Shown here: positions 9,210 through 19,780 of the stretch, piece after piece
How the letters are laid out: every line of letters begins with the position of its first letter
How positions within the stretch are numbered: the first letter of the stretch is position 1
Assembly: GCA_014729085.1 (NCBI GenBank)
Contig: WJKM01000008.1
Coordinates: forward strand, 163-64,162
Direction of reading: 5' to 3'
DNA from: Candidatus Dojkabacteria bacterium
Lineage (GTDB): Bacteria > Patescibacteriota > Dojkabacteria > B142 > WJKM01
Length of the DNA stretch: 64,000 nucleotides
Notes under the pieces: model-generated
Told to the model about the DNA's origin: nothing
The model's input: the letters and a program-made list of their open reading frames with translations, nothing else
Database searches by the model: none
Made by a program: the position numbers and the translations under genes

Positions 9210-10514
9210 TTATTCCAGTTTTTTACCGAGTAATTTTCTAAACTTAAGCATGGCTGTATAAGTAGGCAATACAAAAATTGTGTCATTATTATTTGCATTA
9301 TTAAAGGATTTTTCTATACATTTGTTAATATCTTCATCTAGAAAATATTCGGAATATTCATTTAGAGCATATTTAAGCCTTACCTGTAAATCCTTTGCTC
9401 GTGTACCGCCTAAAATCATCCACGTTATATCAGATTTATTTAATAACTCAAATCTAGCATCCCATATCCAAGAAATATCTTTCCCATCAGCTGTGTTGTC
9501 ATTTAAAAGTAAAATCAGTTTTAAATTCTTAACACTTCGAATCAAATCAAGATTAAGACTATAACCCGCAGGGTTCTTGACAAGAAGCATTCTAAAATTT
9601 ACTGTTTTTTCTTTATCCTTTTTAGTAATTAGTTCCCCTCGTCCGAATGCCGGATTAAATTTATTTATTCCTTTCTTTATAATATTATTTTTAATGTCAA
9701 GCAGTTTTGAAACAGTGATTGCAATAAGAACATTATAAACATGAAAATATCCGTATGCATTTAAAGTTTGAGTGTCAAATTTTATTTGTTTGTTATTGAT
9801 TTTGCCTAAAACTTCAAATTCTGAAGTAAGATTAGGTGTAACTTTTAGATTTTTTGCTTTTATATAATTTGGTACTTTGGATTTTTGTTTTGTTCTTTCT
9901 CCCTCGTACGGTAGTTCTTTAGAGAATTGATCTGGTAACGAAACATAATATGTATCATTAGGTAGTTTTTTTGTTAACTGTGAAGTTCGGGGATCGTCAT
10001 AATTTAAAATTATTTTTGCATTCGGACATTGTTCGATACCCTTTCTAATATATTTTTGTGTAATGTCTACTTCTCCATAGGCATCTAATTGATCTCTATA
10101 TAGATTTGTAACGGCAATAATCTTAGGATTTAGAACTTTGGCTATTTTTGGTAAAGTACCCTCCTCTATTTCAAAAACAGCATGTGTGCAATCAATTTTT
10201 CCAGTCAAACTGCATTGTTTTAAGATCTCTGAAAGTATTCCTCTACTTAGATTTGCACCTGCAGAATTTATAATGATATTTATGTCCGCTTCCTTGAAAA
10301 TTGAATTTAAAAGGGTTTGCGTTGTTGTTTTTCCATTTGTCCCAGTAATAATAATAATGTTTGGAATTTGACTTACTAGTTTTTGTAAAGTCCTGGGAAA
10401 ATATTTTTCTATAATTCTACCAGGTAAAGCTGTTCCGGAGCCTTCACCGGTGACTTTAAGAAACCAAGTAAGTATTTTCGAAAAGATTATTATAGGTATT
10501 AGTGTTAAGTACAT
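9210..10514 (-). CDS. murT: Mur-ligase-family lipid II isoglutaminyl synthase subunit MurT
   Basis: Mur ligase P-loop ITGTNGKTTTQTLL, followed by a C-terminal DUF1727-like region. It is paired with gatD. Confidence 0.7.
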   Translation of the reverse strand: MYLTLIPIIIFSKILTWFLKVTGEGSGTALPGRIIEKYFPRTLQKLVSQIPNIIIITGTNGKTTTQTLLNSIFKEADINIIINSAGANLSRGILSEILKQCSLTGKIDCTHAVFEIEEGTLPKIAKVLNPKIIAVTNLYRDQLDAYGEVDITQKYIRKGIEQCPNAKIILNYDDPRTSQLTKKLPNDTYYVSLPDQFSKELPYEGERTKQKSKVPNYIKAKNLKVTPNLTSEFEVLGKINNKQIKFDTQTLNAYGYFHVYNVLIAITVSKLLDIKNNIIKKGINKFNPAFGRGELITKKDKEKTVNFRMLLVKNPAGYSLNLDLIRSVKNLKLILLLNDNTADGKDISWIWDARFELLNKSDITWMILGGTRAKDLQVRLKYALNEYSEYFLDEDINKCIEKSFNNANNNDTIFVLPTYTAMLKFRKLLGKKLE

Positions 10515-10616
10515 CTAATTTATTAATTTACAATAAATAATATTATACTTGTTTATTGTAACAGATAGTATGAAAATTCTTACGAAATTTATTAAGATTT
10601 AGGTTGTTTGAAAGTA

Positions 10617-11699
10617 TTATTCGTTTATGGTTGTAAAATTGATAGTAGGTGTAATGCTATCGGGAACCTCTTTACAGTATAAAGTTTCGGCAACTTCGAA
10701 TCCAGGCCTATAATTTAAATAATTCCTCCATTCTGCTGCTTCTCTTACAAATTCACAACGATTTTCGGGATTGCATAAATCATTTGTAATTAAATTTGAA
10801 GGTCCCAAAGCTCTCATATCTTCTTCGGTCAAGTAGCATAGTGTATGAAAATCAATTAATCCGTTTTCTGCAGTTATAAGTTCTTCATTTAAAACAACAG
10901 TTGCTAAGCCTAGTAATTCTTGCAATTGTGCATCTGAAAAAGTTTCGGAGTTTATTAGTACTTCTGTTTGGTCTGGTAACAAATTTTCAATATAGGATTG
11001 AAGTGCATCTGAATTTTCAGTTCCAAGATTTGCTAATGTTGTAAGATAAATTGCAAATAATTTGGCATCTTCTGGATCTTCTAGTGTAAAGGGCCTTAGA
11101 TAACTCTGAAGTTCAGTTTCAAATACTCCTGCGTTCTCTGTTGCTTCCATATATGTTCCGTAGGTTTCTTTAGCGAACGTAGCCGTAATTTCATTGTTTT
11201 CTGTTTCTTCCCAAACCCCTACGTGGTCAAAAATTATTCCTAACGGATCGGAATTAACATCCTCTTCTCCATAGCCAAATGGGGTATAAGTTGCATAACT
11301 TCCTTCTGGATCTAGATATCCGTCCCAATAGACATTATCTGGGAGTTGAGCATCTTCTCTGCCAAGTGCACATTTTGCGAATTCTGCAGTAAGGTCATAA
11401 CTTGGAACTCCAGTGTTTTCTCTATCAGCTATAGTTGTAATTATGTTTAAATATGATGCATCAACATAAGGATTAGAGCAAGGTTCACCTAAATTGGACA
11501 TAAATTCCTCTATTGGGTTAGGTGTTGGAGCCGTTTCTATTTCTACTGGTTCGGGCGATATAGGTGCAGAAGTCGATCTAGAGTCTTGAGTTTCTAATGC
11601 TTCTGAGGTCATAATCCCCTCACCAGCGCAAGCCAATCCTAGGCTAGATAAAAGAATTACCCATAATATTTTATTATCTAATAATTTTTCTTGTTCCAT
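10617..11699 (-). CDS. Secreted hypothetical protein (probable lipoprotein), acidic
   Basis: N-terminus is MEQEKLLDNKILWVILLSSLGLACAGEG, a signal peptide with a lipobox-like LAC. No catalytic motif recognised. Confidence 0.5.
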   Translation of the reverse strand: MEQEKLLDNKILWVILLSSLGLACAGEGIMTSEALETQDSRSTSAPISPEPVEIETAPTPNPIEEFMSNLGEPCSNPYVDASYLNIITTIADRENTGVPSYDLTAEFAKCALGREDAQLPDNVYWDGYLDPEGSYATYTPFGYGEEDVNSDPLGIIFDHVGVWEETENNEITATFAKETYGTYMEATENAGVFETELQSYLRPFTLEDPEDAKLFAIYLTTLANLGTENSDALQSYIENLLPDQTEVLINSETFSDAQLQELLGLATVVLNEELITAENGLIDFHTLCYLTEEDMRALGPSNLITNDLCNPENRCEFVREAAEWRNYLNYRPGFEVAETLYCKEVPDSITPTINFTTINE

Positions 11700-11795
11700 A
11701 GTGTTTATGCTAAATATATCCTTATTATATCTTGGTGGTTTTTATACTTTCAATTTGTTTGCATATTTGTAAACATAGTTTTAATAAGAAATAAA

Positions 11796-11822
11796 AAAGG
11801 GAGCCATTGGCTCCCTTTTAAG
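11796..11822 (-). terminator. Rho-independent terminator for 11838..12656
   Basis: Minus strand reads GGGAGCCAATGGCTCCC (7-bp GC-rich stem, 3-nt loop) followed by TTTTTTATTT. Confidence 0.6.
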
Positions 11823-11837
11823 TGTGAATCTCCTATA

Positions 11838-12656
11838 TTATTTCGTTTTATTTGTTAATGATTTGGTTAAGAAATTACTTAAAGTTTTCATATAGGAGTC
11901 TACCGGATAGTCTTCAGAATCTAATGGGTTTGTTCTTTCTTCTAATTCATCACCATCTTTAAATCCATCTCCGTCGGTATCCGCTAACGTTGGATCAGTA
12001 ATGTATCTGGCCCATGGTACAATATGCCCCCCTGTATGTCCTTCTTCACCATGATTAACCCAAGTTCCTTGTACCATTTTTCTAACCCATTCTACCTCTT
12101 CATTATCATCAATTCTGTCATTATCGCTATCTTTATCTTCTGGATCAGTACCTATTGCAACTTCATATCCATCAGGTAACCCATCTTCGTCAACATCTGG
12201 GTTGTATTCATCGGGATCTTCAGTTCCGATCAGTCCGTCTCTGTCATAATCTTCAGAGCTGGCATTTGGGTTGTTTGGATTAGTTCCTGCACGTAATTCA
12301 TCACCATCACTTACTCCATCCCCGTCACTATCCCATTTCAACGGATCAGTAATATATCTGGCATCTTCAACAAATCTACCGTCTACTGGTGTTCCGTTTA
12401 GTATCTTTTTATCCCAAAGTAATTCATCCCCATCAGTAATTCCATCTCCATCAGTATCAGGGTTTTCAGGATCAGTACCTATTGCAACTTCATATCCATC
12501 ACAAAGTCTGTCGCCATCTGAGTCCCAGTTGTTTGGATCTGGGTCTACCTCATTTAGTAAACCATCTAGATCATGATCAGTCGGCTGATAGGTTGGATCG
12601 TTGGTTGGAATATTTTCTAGTCTCCATTGCCACTGTGGTATTGGTAAATCCTCCAT
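11838..12656 (-). CDS. Thrombospondin type-3-like (TSP3) acidic calcium-binding repeat protein
   Basis: Many DxDxDGxxDxxE repeats ([48 protein letters not shown]). No N-terminal signal peptide in the called ORF. Confidence 0.6.
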   Translation of the reverse strand: MEDLPIPQWQWRLENIPTNDPTYQPTDHDLDGLLNEVDPDPNNWDSDGDRLCDGYEVAIGTDPENPDTDGDGITDGDELLWDKKILNGTPVDGRFVEDARYITDPLKWDSDGDGVSDGDELRAGTNPNNPNASSEDYDRDGLIGTEDPDEYNPDVDEDGLPDGYEVAIGTDPEDKDSDNDRIDDNEEVEWVRKMVQGTWVNHGEEGHTGGHIVPWARYITDPTLADTDGDGFKDGDELEERTNPLDSEDYPVDSYMKTLSNFLTKSLTNKTK

Positions 12657-12802
12657 TGTAATTAAAATTAAAAATTAAACTATGCTTTAATCCTAAATAT
12701 AGATATAATTGTTAGTAAATTAATTAAACTTAATATTATAGGATTATTAGATATATATCTATTCTATAGGTTTTTTTTAAGATCTTAAAATAGTTTGCAA
12801 AA

Positions 12803-13627
12803 ATGCACATAGACGCAATTAAAAATTTTCTTGAAAAGCTTGGACTTTCACAAGATGAAATTAAGATTTATCTAACATTGCTTATAAAAGGAAATTTATC
12901 AGTTTCTTCCATATCTCAAGAAAATAAAATTGAAAGAACAAAAGTTTATAGAATACTGGATAAGTTAATAAGTAAGGGATTTATCAATAAAATAGCCACT
13001 GAACTTGGAGATCTATTTCAGCCGGCTGGTTTTGAGGCTATTAAGTTAGCCGTATTAGCTAGAGAAAAAGAATTAGAGAGTCTTAAAGCGGAATTTTCAA
13101 ATTTTAAAAAGGATATAGAATTAGCTCAGAAAGCAGAAAAGACAATAGGTACAGATGTTAAATTTTATATGGGGAAGAGGGGAATAAAACAGATGGTTTG
13201 GAATGTAACTAAAGCAAATACTGAAATAAAAAAAATATTAAATAAAACGGCAATTAAATTTCTTGGTAAGAACTTCTGGAATGAGTTTCGAAATGCAAAT
13301 AGAATAAACGGACAATCTGCTCGAGCTCTTTACTCCAAGGAATACCTGGATAGTCTAGGTGAATTAAAAGCTGAATATACAGACGAAATGGTTGCACATT
13401 CAATACACCAAACTTACAAGTTTCTTCCCAAAGAAGTATTTGAAATTCGAAATTATGTTTTTCTATACAATGATAAGGTTGCAATCTTTAATTGGAGTCA
13501 AAACGAAATTTATGGAATAGAGATAAAGAGTAGAGATGTTTCTACCATGCTGAATCAAGTTTATGAGATGCTTTGGAATATTGCAGGCGAGGAACATACA
13601 ATCGATAAGATTTTAAAACAAGTATAG
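12803..13627 (+). CDS. TrmB-family transcriptional regulator (paralog 1 of 3)
   Basis: N-terminal wHTH reads IKIYLTLLIKGNLSVSSISQENKIERTKVYRILDKLISKGFINKI. The conserved C-terminus is VAIFNWS...IYGIEI. Confidence 0.65.
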   Translation: MHIDAIKNFLEKLGLSQDEIKIYLTLLIKGNLSVSSISQENKIERTKVYRILDKLISKGFINKIATELGDLFQPAGFEAIKLAVLAREKELESLKAEFSNFKKDIELAQKAEKTIGTDVKFYMGKRGIKQMVWNVTKANTEIKKILNKTAIKFLGKNFWNEFRNANRINGQSARALYSKEYLDSLGELKAEYTDEMVAHSIHQTYKFLPKEVFEIRNYVFLYNDKVAIFNWSQNEIYGIEIKSRDVSTMLNQVYEMLWNIAGEEHTIDKILKQV

Positions 13628-13661
13628 ATTATTTAATCATTATAAATTTAACAATATAAAT

Positions 13662-14489
13662 ATGCACCTAGATAAAGTAAGAAGTTTTCTAGAAAAGTTA
13701 GATTTAACTCATGAGGAAATAAAAATTTATTTAGCTTTGATTAAGCATGGGAATCTTTCCGCATCAGATTTGTCCAAGGAAACTAAGGTAGAAAGAACCA
13801 AAGTTTATCGTTTGTTGGATGATTTAATCGGGAGGGGTTTTGTTAATAAAATTGGGACTGAATCAGGTGATGTATTTCAAGCAGAAGGCGAAGAGTCCGT
13901 TAAATTAATTCTTTTAGAAAAAGAAAGAGAGTTAGAAAATTTAAAAAATTCTTTAGATGCAGTACAAGAAAATTACAAACTTCTTAAATCGGGAAGAGAA
14001 ATCAAAACAGATGTTAGATTCTTTATGGGTAAACGTGGTGTAAAACAAATGGTTTGGAATGTTACGAAAGCTAAATCAGAAGTTCGTAAAATGTTAAATA
14101 AAACTGCTTTAAAATATTTTGGACGAAAGTTTTGGAAGGAATATAAAAAGTCGGTAAAAAAGGGAGGACAACAGCATAAAGCATTATATTCAGAAGATTA
14201 TATCGAAAGTTTAAAAGGATTTAAGATCCAAAGTATTAAGCAGCAGGTTGTATCTCCTGAATATCAAACTTATAAATATATTTCAAAAGAATATCTGGAA
14301 ATTAACGATTATATATTAGTTTATGATAATAAAGTTGCTATTTTTAATTGGAGTGATGTTCATATTTATGGGATTGAGATATTAAGCGAAGGATTTGCTG
14401 CAATGCAGAAGCAGATGTTTGATATCTTATGGAATATGGGAAAAGAAGAACATAAGTTGGATAAAGTTCTAGCTAAAATTGAAGATTAA
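13662..14489 (+). CDS. TrmB-family transcriptional regulator (paralog 2 of 3)
   Basis: Clear paralog of 12803..13627 along the whole length (MHLDKVRSFLEKLDLTHEEIKIYLALIKHGNLSASDLSKETKVERTKVYRLLDDL). Confidence 0.65.
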   Translation: MHLDKVRSFLEKLDLTHEEIKIYLALIKHGNLSASDLSKETKVERTKVYRLLDDLIGRGFVNKIGTESGDVFQAEGEESVKLILLEKERELENLKNSLDAVQENYKLLKSGREIKTDVRFFMGKRGVKQMVWNVTKAKSEVRKMLNKTALKYFGRKFWKEYKKSVKKGGQQHKALYSEDYIESLKGFKIQSIKQQVVSPEYQTYKYISKEYLEINDYILVYDNKVAIFNWSDVHIYGIEILSEGFAAMQKQMFDILWNMGKEEHKLDKVLAKIED

Positions 14490-14543
14490 TAAAAACGAGA
14501 GCTTCAAAAGCTACTTTTTTTATCTATTTTTTCTCAAATATTA

Positions 14544-15083
14544 TTAAAAGCTGTTTGGATCAAGAGGATTTGTTTCATTATTTTTTTCTTCCTTGTCAGA
14601 TTTTCCGTCTCCGTCTGTATCATAGAGAGTTGGATCAGTATATACGTTAAAAATAGGACTTTGATATCTAACTTCGTCTCCATCAGTAATTCCATCTCCA
14701 TCTGTATCTGGATTTGAAGGATCGGTTGGTGAGAAATGTTTCCATATTCTTTCTCCAGCAGAATCGCGCCAACCTAGGTCTATAATACCGAAGTATTCGT
14801 CTTGATTATGTAAACCATCAGCGTCAGGGTCGTCTAGTAAGCCATAGTCAAGATTCCCAAAGTATTTAAGTTCCCATGAATCTTTAAGTCCATCGCCATC
14901 ACTATCAACATTGGCTCTGAAGTTTTCCACTGTGGCAGTCAAATCGGGGGTTGGTAATGGAGTTTCTGTTGGATCTTCAGTAGCTAGGGGAGTTTCAGTA
15001 GTAGCTCCAGTTGTACATCCTGCTATTAATAGTAATGATGCAAGTAAAGCGCTCCCCCATACTAATTTATTTTCCTGTTCCAT
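14544..15083 (-). CDS. Lipoprotein with TSP3-like calcium-binding repeats
   Basis: [26 protein letters not shown] has lipobox IAGC. Acidic repeats [24 protein letters not shown] and [12 protein letters not shown] follow. Confidence 0.6.
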   Translation of the reverse strand: MEQENKLVWGSALLASLLLIAGCTTGATTETPLATEDPTETPLPTPDLTATVENFRANVDSDGDGLKDSWELKYFGNLDYGLLDDPDADGLHNQDEYFGIIDLGWRDSAGERIWKHFSPTDPSNPDTDGDGITDGDEVRYQSPIFNVYTDPTLYDTDGDGKSDKEEKNNETNPLDPNSF

Positions 15084-15288
15084 AGTAAAAAATATTAAAA
15101 AATTAAATTATTATAAGTCTTATTGGTATATAAACATTCTATAAAGAAAGTTTGTTTTAATAAAACTGTTCACATTATTGTGTACACATGAATTTGCTGG
15201 GCTTGGGTAGTAGATTTGAGGAATTATTTCTTTATAAATTAATCTAGGGTATAATTTGTGATATATAAATATAGTTACACAATGGGAT

Positions 15289-16122
15289 ATGCATATAAAC
15301 ATTATTACTAGATTTCTAGAAAATTTAGATTTATCTAAGGAAGAAATCGAGGTATATGTTACCTTGCTTGATAATCCAGATATTTCTATTTCAGATTTAT
15401 CCCATGAACTAAGTATTAATAGATCAAAAGTATATAGAACACTGGATAGCCTTATTAATAAAGGATATGTGAATAAAGTATCATCGGAAAGTAAGGATTT
15501 ATTTAAAGCCAGAGGTTTTGAGTGTATAAAGCAGGCAGTATATGAAAAAGAAAAAGAGGTCGAAGCAATGAAAGAAGAATTAAACAAGATTGAACAGAAT
15601 TTTCAGTTGTTCGGATCAGGGGCAGATTTAAATATAGATGTAAAATTTTACCAGGGAAAACGGGGTATAAAACAGATGTATTGGAATGTCGCTAAATCCA
15701 AAACTGAAGTAAAAAAAATTTTGAATAAATCAGCTATTGGTTTTTTAGGAAGGCAGTATTGGGAAGATATGGTAAAGGAGCAAAAGTTAAATCAAACACA
15801 AATAAGGGTATTGTATTCCGAGAGTTTTTATAATTCAATAAAAAAAATAGATAAACAAAATTTCCGAAATTACTTTGCTCCTCCTAGCTTACAGACATAT
15901 AAATTTCTTCCAGAAGAAGTATTCAAGATAGAGAATTACTTCATATTATATGAAAATAGGACTACCGTGTTTAATTGGCATGAGAGAAGCATTTATGGGA
16001 TAGAAATTTTAAATCCGGAAGTTGCATCAATGTTATCGCAGATGTTCGACATCTTATGGAATATGGGAGGTAAGGAACATACAATTGAAGATTTGGAAAA
16101 AAGAATACTTCAAGAAAATTAG
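15289..16122 (+). CDS. TrmB-family transcriptional regulator (paralog 3 of 3)
   Basis: Paralog of the two upstream TrmB-like genes (EIEVYVTLLDNPDISISDLSHELSINRSKVYRTLDSLINKGYV). Confidence 0.65.
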   Translation: MHINIITRFLENLDLSKEEIEVYVTLLDNPDISISDLSHELSINRSKVYRTLDSLINKGYVNKVSSESKDLFKARGFECIKQAVYEKEKEVEAMKEELNKIEQNFQLFGSGADLNIDVKFYQGKRGIKQMYWNVAKSKTEVKKILNKSAIGFLGRQYWEDMVKEQKLNQTQIRVLYSESFYNSIKKIDKQNFRNYFAPPSLQTYKFLPEEVFKIENYFILYENRTTVFNWHERSIYGIEILNPEVASMLSQMFDILWNMGGKEHTIEDLEKRILQEN

Positions 16123-16123
16123 A

Positions 16124-19100
16124 TTAGATTTGATACTTTTTAATTATCTCCATTAGTTTAGCACTTGGCTTAATTTTTTTAACAATAGCATTTCTATTAG
16201 TGACACTACCGTATATAATTTTCAACGGAGTTTTTCCTTTATTCTGTATGATTAGTTTCTTGAGTTCCTCAATATTATTTTGGTCTTTTTCGTTGATGAT
16301 ATTGATGGTTATTGTCTTTGGATTCTTAATTTTATTTGCTTTATTTGCATCTTTTACAATCAAACTCAGTGATCCTTTCCGTTCATTTACGCGAACTGAA
16401 AGTATAAGAGGGGTAAATTCAGGTAAGTTATCTATCAATCTTTCGTAGGTTTTGGGAAACACTACCCCGTCTACATGTTCTAAAAGTCCTTCGATTCTTA
16501 CAAAAGCCATAGCTTTGGATCCTTTTTTAGTAAAAATAATTTTTTTGTCTGTAATCATTGCAAGTACTTTAGTGTCTCTTTCCTTGGAGGATTTCATTAC
16601 TGTTTCTATGGTTTCAATACTAGGGTTAAGAGCTTTGTTAAGATGTTTTTCCAAGGGATGATGAGATAAAAATGTTCCAAGAAGTTCTTGTTCCCATAGA
16701 ATTTTCTCCCTGTCTGTTTCAAGTTCAATTCCTTTTGGAAAGGGTGTAGCTTTAACTTCAGGTTCTTCGCCACCATTCATTAATGTAAATATTCCGGTTT
16801 GTCCACCTAATGCTCTTCGTTCATCATTTTGGATTTTTTCAAATACATCTGGAATAACTGCTAATAATTGTTTTCTTGCTCCAAATTGGTCCATAGCGCC
16901 TACTTTGGTTAAATATTCCAAATCTTTTTTTGTGATTTTTGAGGTCCCTACTCTTTTAATAAGATCATCTAAGTGTTTATACTTACCGTTTTTCTTTCTT
17001 TCATCTACTATGTTTTGCATGATTTTTTCACTTGTATTTTTTATAGCTCCCAATCCAAATCTTATAGATTTATTTTTTTCAATTTTAAAGTCAACATAAC
17101 TTTCGTTTATATCTGGGGATAATATGGGAATGCCCATTTCTTTAGCTTCGTTTAAATCCCTTGAGATTTTATCTGAGTTTCCTAAATCCGTCTGCATAAT
17201 TCCTGCCATAAATTCGAGTGGATAATGGGCTTTTAGATATGCTGTTTGATATGAAATTAACGAATAAGATGCTGCATGAGAACGGTTAAAACCATAATCA
17301 GCAAATGGTTCTAAATACGCAAATACTTCTTTGGCTAGTTTTTTTGAGTGTCCGTTTTTCTGTGCTCCTTGTATAAATCTTTTCTTTTCTTTTTTCATTA
17401 TTTCTGGTTTTTTCTTTCCCATAGCACGTCTTAACATATCTGCTTGCCCAAGGCTATATCCAGCAAATTTTACTGCTATTTCCATTACCTGTTCTTGGTA
17501 GATTGCGAATCCATAGGTGGATTGTAAAATCGGTTCTAAGTCTTCATGTAAATAGGTTACTTCTTGTTCTCCTTGTTTTCTTTTAATATAGTCAGGAATA
17601 TATTCCATAGGTCCTGGCCTATAAGCTGATGTCATGAAGAAAAGATCCTCCATTTCTGTTGGTTTTAAATCTCGGAGATATTTTTTCATACCGCTTGATT
17701 CGAACTGGAAAATCCCTGTTGTATCTCCCCTCTGGAATAATTCAAAAGTACTTTTATCATCTAAAGGGATGGAATCAATATCTATTTTTTTATTTTGAGT
17801 ATATTCTATTTGTTTCAGAACATTTTTTATAATTGTAAGGTTGGCAAGACCTAAGAAGTCAAACTTCATTAATCCCATATATTCTGCTACCCAACCTTCG
17901 ATTTGAGTAATAATTCTATCGCCTCCCTTAGTTTCTCTTTGTACAGGAACATAGTCTGTAACGGGATTGGGAGTTACTAGATAACCGCATGCGTGAGTGG
18001 AGACATGTCGAGCTACATTTTCAAGTTTTCTTACATACCCAGCTAACTCTTGTAGTTCTGGGGATGCTTCGATCATTTTCTTGAATTCAGGGACTTCTTC
18101 CATCATTTTGTCTATTGAATAAACCCGGCCAAATTTTACAATCACCATCTTGGAAAGTTTATCTGCAATATCTAGCTCTATACCCATTACTCTTGCTACA
18201 TCTCTTATAGCAGCCTTAGTCTTTAATCTACCAAAAGTCCCTATAAAAGAAGTATTTTCTTTTCCATAAGTTTTAGACATATATTCAAAGAGATCATCTC
18301 GTCTATCATCTTGGAAATCTATATCAAAATCGGGAGGTGAATTCCTTTCAGGATTTAAAAATCTTTCGAAGATAAGATTCCATTTTAGTGGGTCTATATT
18401 TACTATTCCTAAGACATAAGCAACCAGACTTCCGGCACCAGATCCTCTTCCGGGACCAATCAAAATATTCTGGTTACGAGCCCATTTGCAGTAGTCCTGA
18501 ACAATTAGGAAATAATCGTCATATCCTTTTTGGTCAATAATTTCAAGTTCATAGTCTAATCTCTGTTTAATTTCTTCAGATAAATCACCATATTTTTCTT
18601 TAGCTTTTTGATATGTCATTTCTTTTAGATATTGTTTTGCTGTTTTGTTTTTTGGGAGAGCATAATATTCGGGTTGAATACGATCAAATGTTATGTCATA
18701 TTTTTCGACCATCTCAGCTATTTTATTGGTGTTTCTAACAGCATCAGGAATATCTGAAAATAAATCATACATTTCCTTGGGGGATTTTACATAGAATTCT
18801 TTAGAGTCGTATTGTCTTCTCTCAGGATCGGTAAGTAGATTTCCATCGGAAATACACCATGCAATTTCTTGTATTTTCCAATCCTCTTTATCCAGATAAT
18901 GAGAATCAACTGTAGCAACGTAAGGGAGATTAAATTTATTTATTAATTCAAATTGTTTTTTCTCCAATCCTTCTAGCTCTTTAATATTGATCCTCATAAG
19001 TTCAAAATAGAAATCATCAAATTCATTTCCTAAGAAATTTACCCAGTTTTCAGCTTCTTCCTCATTACCATTCAACAGAGCTTGATTAATTGGACTACCT

Positions 19101-19519
19101 GGGCACCCAGTTAGGCAGATAATTCCTTTAGAGTACATTGCCAGAAGTTCTCTGTCTACTCTGGGACGATAGTAAAAACCTTCCTTGTGGCCTCGTGAAA
19201 CAAGCTTTACAAGATTGTGGTAACCTTCTTTGTTTTTAGCGAGCAAAGTAAGGTGGTTGTATTTTGTTCCATCCTCATCACGTTTTTTTTCAAACCTAGA
19301 ATTTGGAGCTATATACATCTCACATCCGATAATTGGTTTAATATCCAGTTCTTTTGACATATTCCAAAACTCAAATGCACCATATAAAACTCCATGATCT
19401 GTAATAGCACACGAATCCATTTTTAAGTCTTTAACCTTTTTTAATAAAGGTTTGATTTTACTGACTCCGTCTAAAAGAGAATATTCAGTATGTAAATGTA
19501 GATGACAAAATTTTTTCAT
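16124..19519 (-). CDS. dnaE: DNA polymerase III alpha subunit
   Basis: N-terminal PHP domain HLHLHTEYSLLDG, 1131 aa, with the polymerase core and a C-terminal OB region. Confidence 0.9.
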   Translation of the reverse strand: MKKFCHLHLHTEYSLLDGVSKIKPLLKKVKDLKMDSCAITDHGVLYGAFEFWNMSKELDIKPIIGCEMYIAPNSRFEKKRDEDGTKYNHLTLLAKNKEGYHNLVKLVSRGHKEGFYYRPRVDRELLAMYSKGIICLTGCPGSPINQALLNGNEEEAENWVNFLGNEFDDFYFELMRINIKELEGLEKKQFELINKFNLPYVATVDSHYLDKEDWKIQEIAWCISDGNLLTDPERRQYDSKEFYVKSPKEMYDLFSDIPDAVRNTNKIAEMVEKYDITFDRIQPEYYALPKNKTAKQYLKEMTYQKAKEKYGDLSEEIKQRLDYELEIIDQKGYDDYFLIVQDYCKWARNQNILIGPGRGSGAGSLVAYVLGIVNIDPLKWNLIFERFLNPERNSPPDFDIDFQDDRRDDLFEYMSKTYGKENTSFIGTFGRLKTKAAIRDVARVMGIELDIADKLSKMVIVKFGRVYSIDKMMEEVPEFKKMIEASPELQELAGYVRKLENVARHVSTHACGYLVTPNPVTDYVPVQRETKGGDRIITQIEGWVAEYMGLMKFDFLGLANLTIIKNVLKQIEYTQNKKIDIDSIPLDDKSTFELFQRGDTTGIFQFESSGMKKYLRDLKPTEMEDLFFMTSAYRPGPMEYIPDYIKRKQGEQEVTYLHEDLEPILQSTYGFAIYQEQVMEIAVKFAGYSLGQADMLRRAMGKKKPEIMKKEKKRFIQGAQKNGHSKKLAKEVFAYLEPFADYGFNRSHAASYSLISYQTAYLKAHYPLEFMAGIMQTDLGNSDKISRDLNEAKEMGIPILSPDINESYVDFKIEKNKSIRFGLGAIKNTSEKIMQNIVDERKKNGKYKHLDDLIKRVGTSKITKKDLEYLTKVGAMDQFGARKQLLAVIPDVFEKIQNDERRALGGQTGIFTLMNGGEEPEVKATPFPKGIELETDREKILWEQELLGTFLSHHPLEKHLNKALNPSIETIETVMKSSKERDTKVLAMITDKKIIFTKKGSKAMAFVRIEGLLEHVDGVVFPKTYERLIDNLPEFTPLILSVRVNERKGSLSLIVKDANKANKIKNPKTITINIINEKDQNNIEELKKLIIQNKGKTPLKIIYGSVTNRNAIVKKIKPSAKLMEIIKKYQI

Positions 19520-19780
19520 TTATTATTATTTTTTGTTGAAAAATACGGAAAAGCTTCACTCTAGGCTATTTTGAGATATTGAATATCAGTGTTCAAGTTT
19601 TCTCCAAGGAAAATATCATTAATTTATACCAGAAAATTACAAGAAAGTTTAGTTATGAATAATTATTGAAAATTCATTCAGAACTTATACTAGTTCTATA
19701 TTTAATTGTACAAATCTATTTTTTGTATGAAAATTTTTTGTGATTTCTTCGGTATTTTGGTACTAAAATTTATTTCTCTA

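Noticed and set aside
12271-12576. 101-aa Ser/Pro-rich plus-strand ORF
   Set aside because: It is the antisense frame of the TSP3 acidic repeats (GAT/GAC-rich DNA read on the opposite strand gives Ser/Pro codons). It is a repeat artefact.
14502-14525. Weak hairpin AGCTT-CAA-AAGCT followed by TTTTTTT between convergent genes
   Set aside because: The stem is only 5 bp and AT-rich. It is plausible as a bidirectional terminator but too weak to call a feature.
15120-15587. 155-aa minus-strand ORF
   Set aside because: It lies antisense and overlapping the start of the third TrmB-like gene and the AT-rich promoter region. It has low-complexity hydrophobic composition and no motif. It is likely spurious.
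16200-17099. Several 64-82-aa plus-strand ORFs inside dnaE
   Set aside because: They are antisense to the 1131-aa DnaE CDS.
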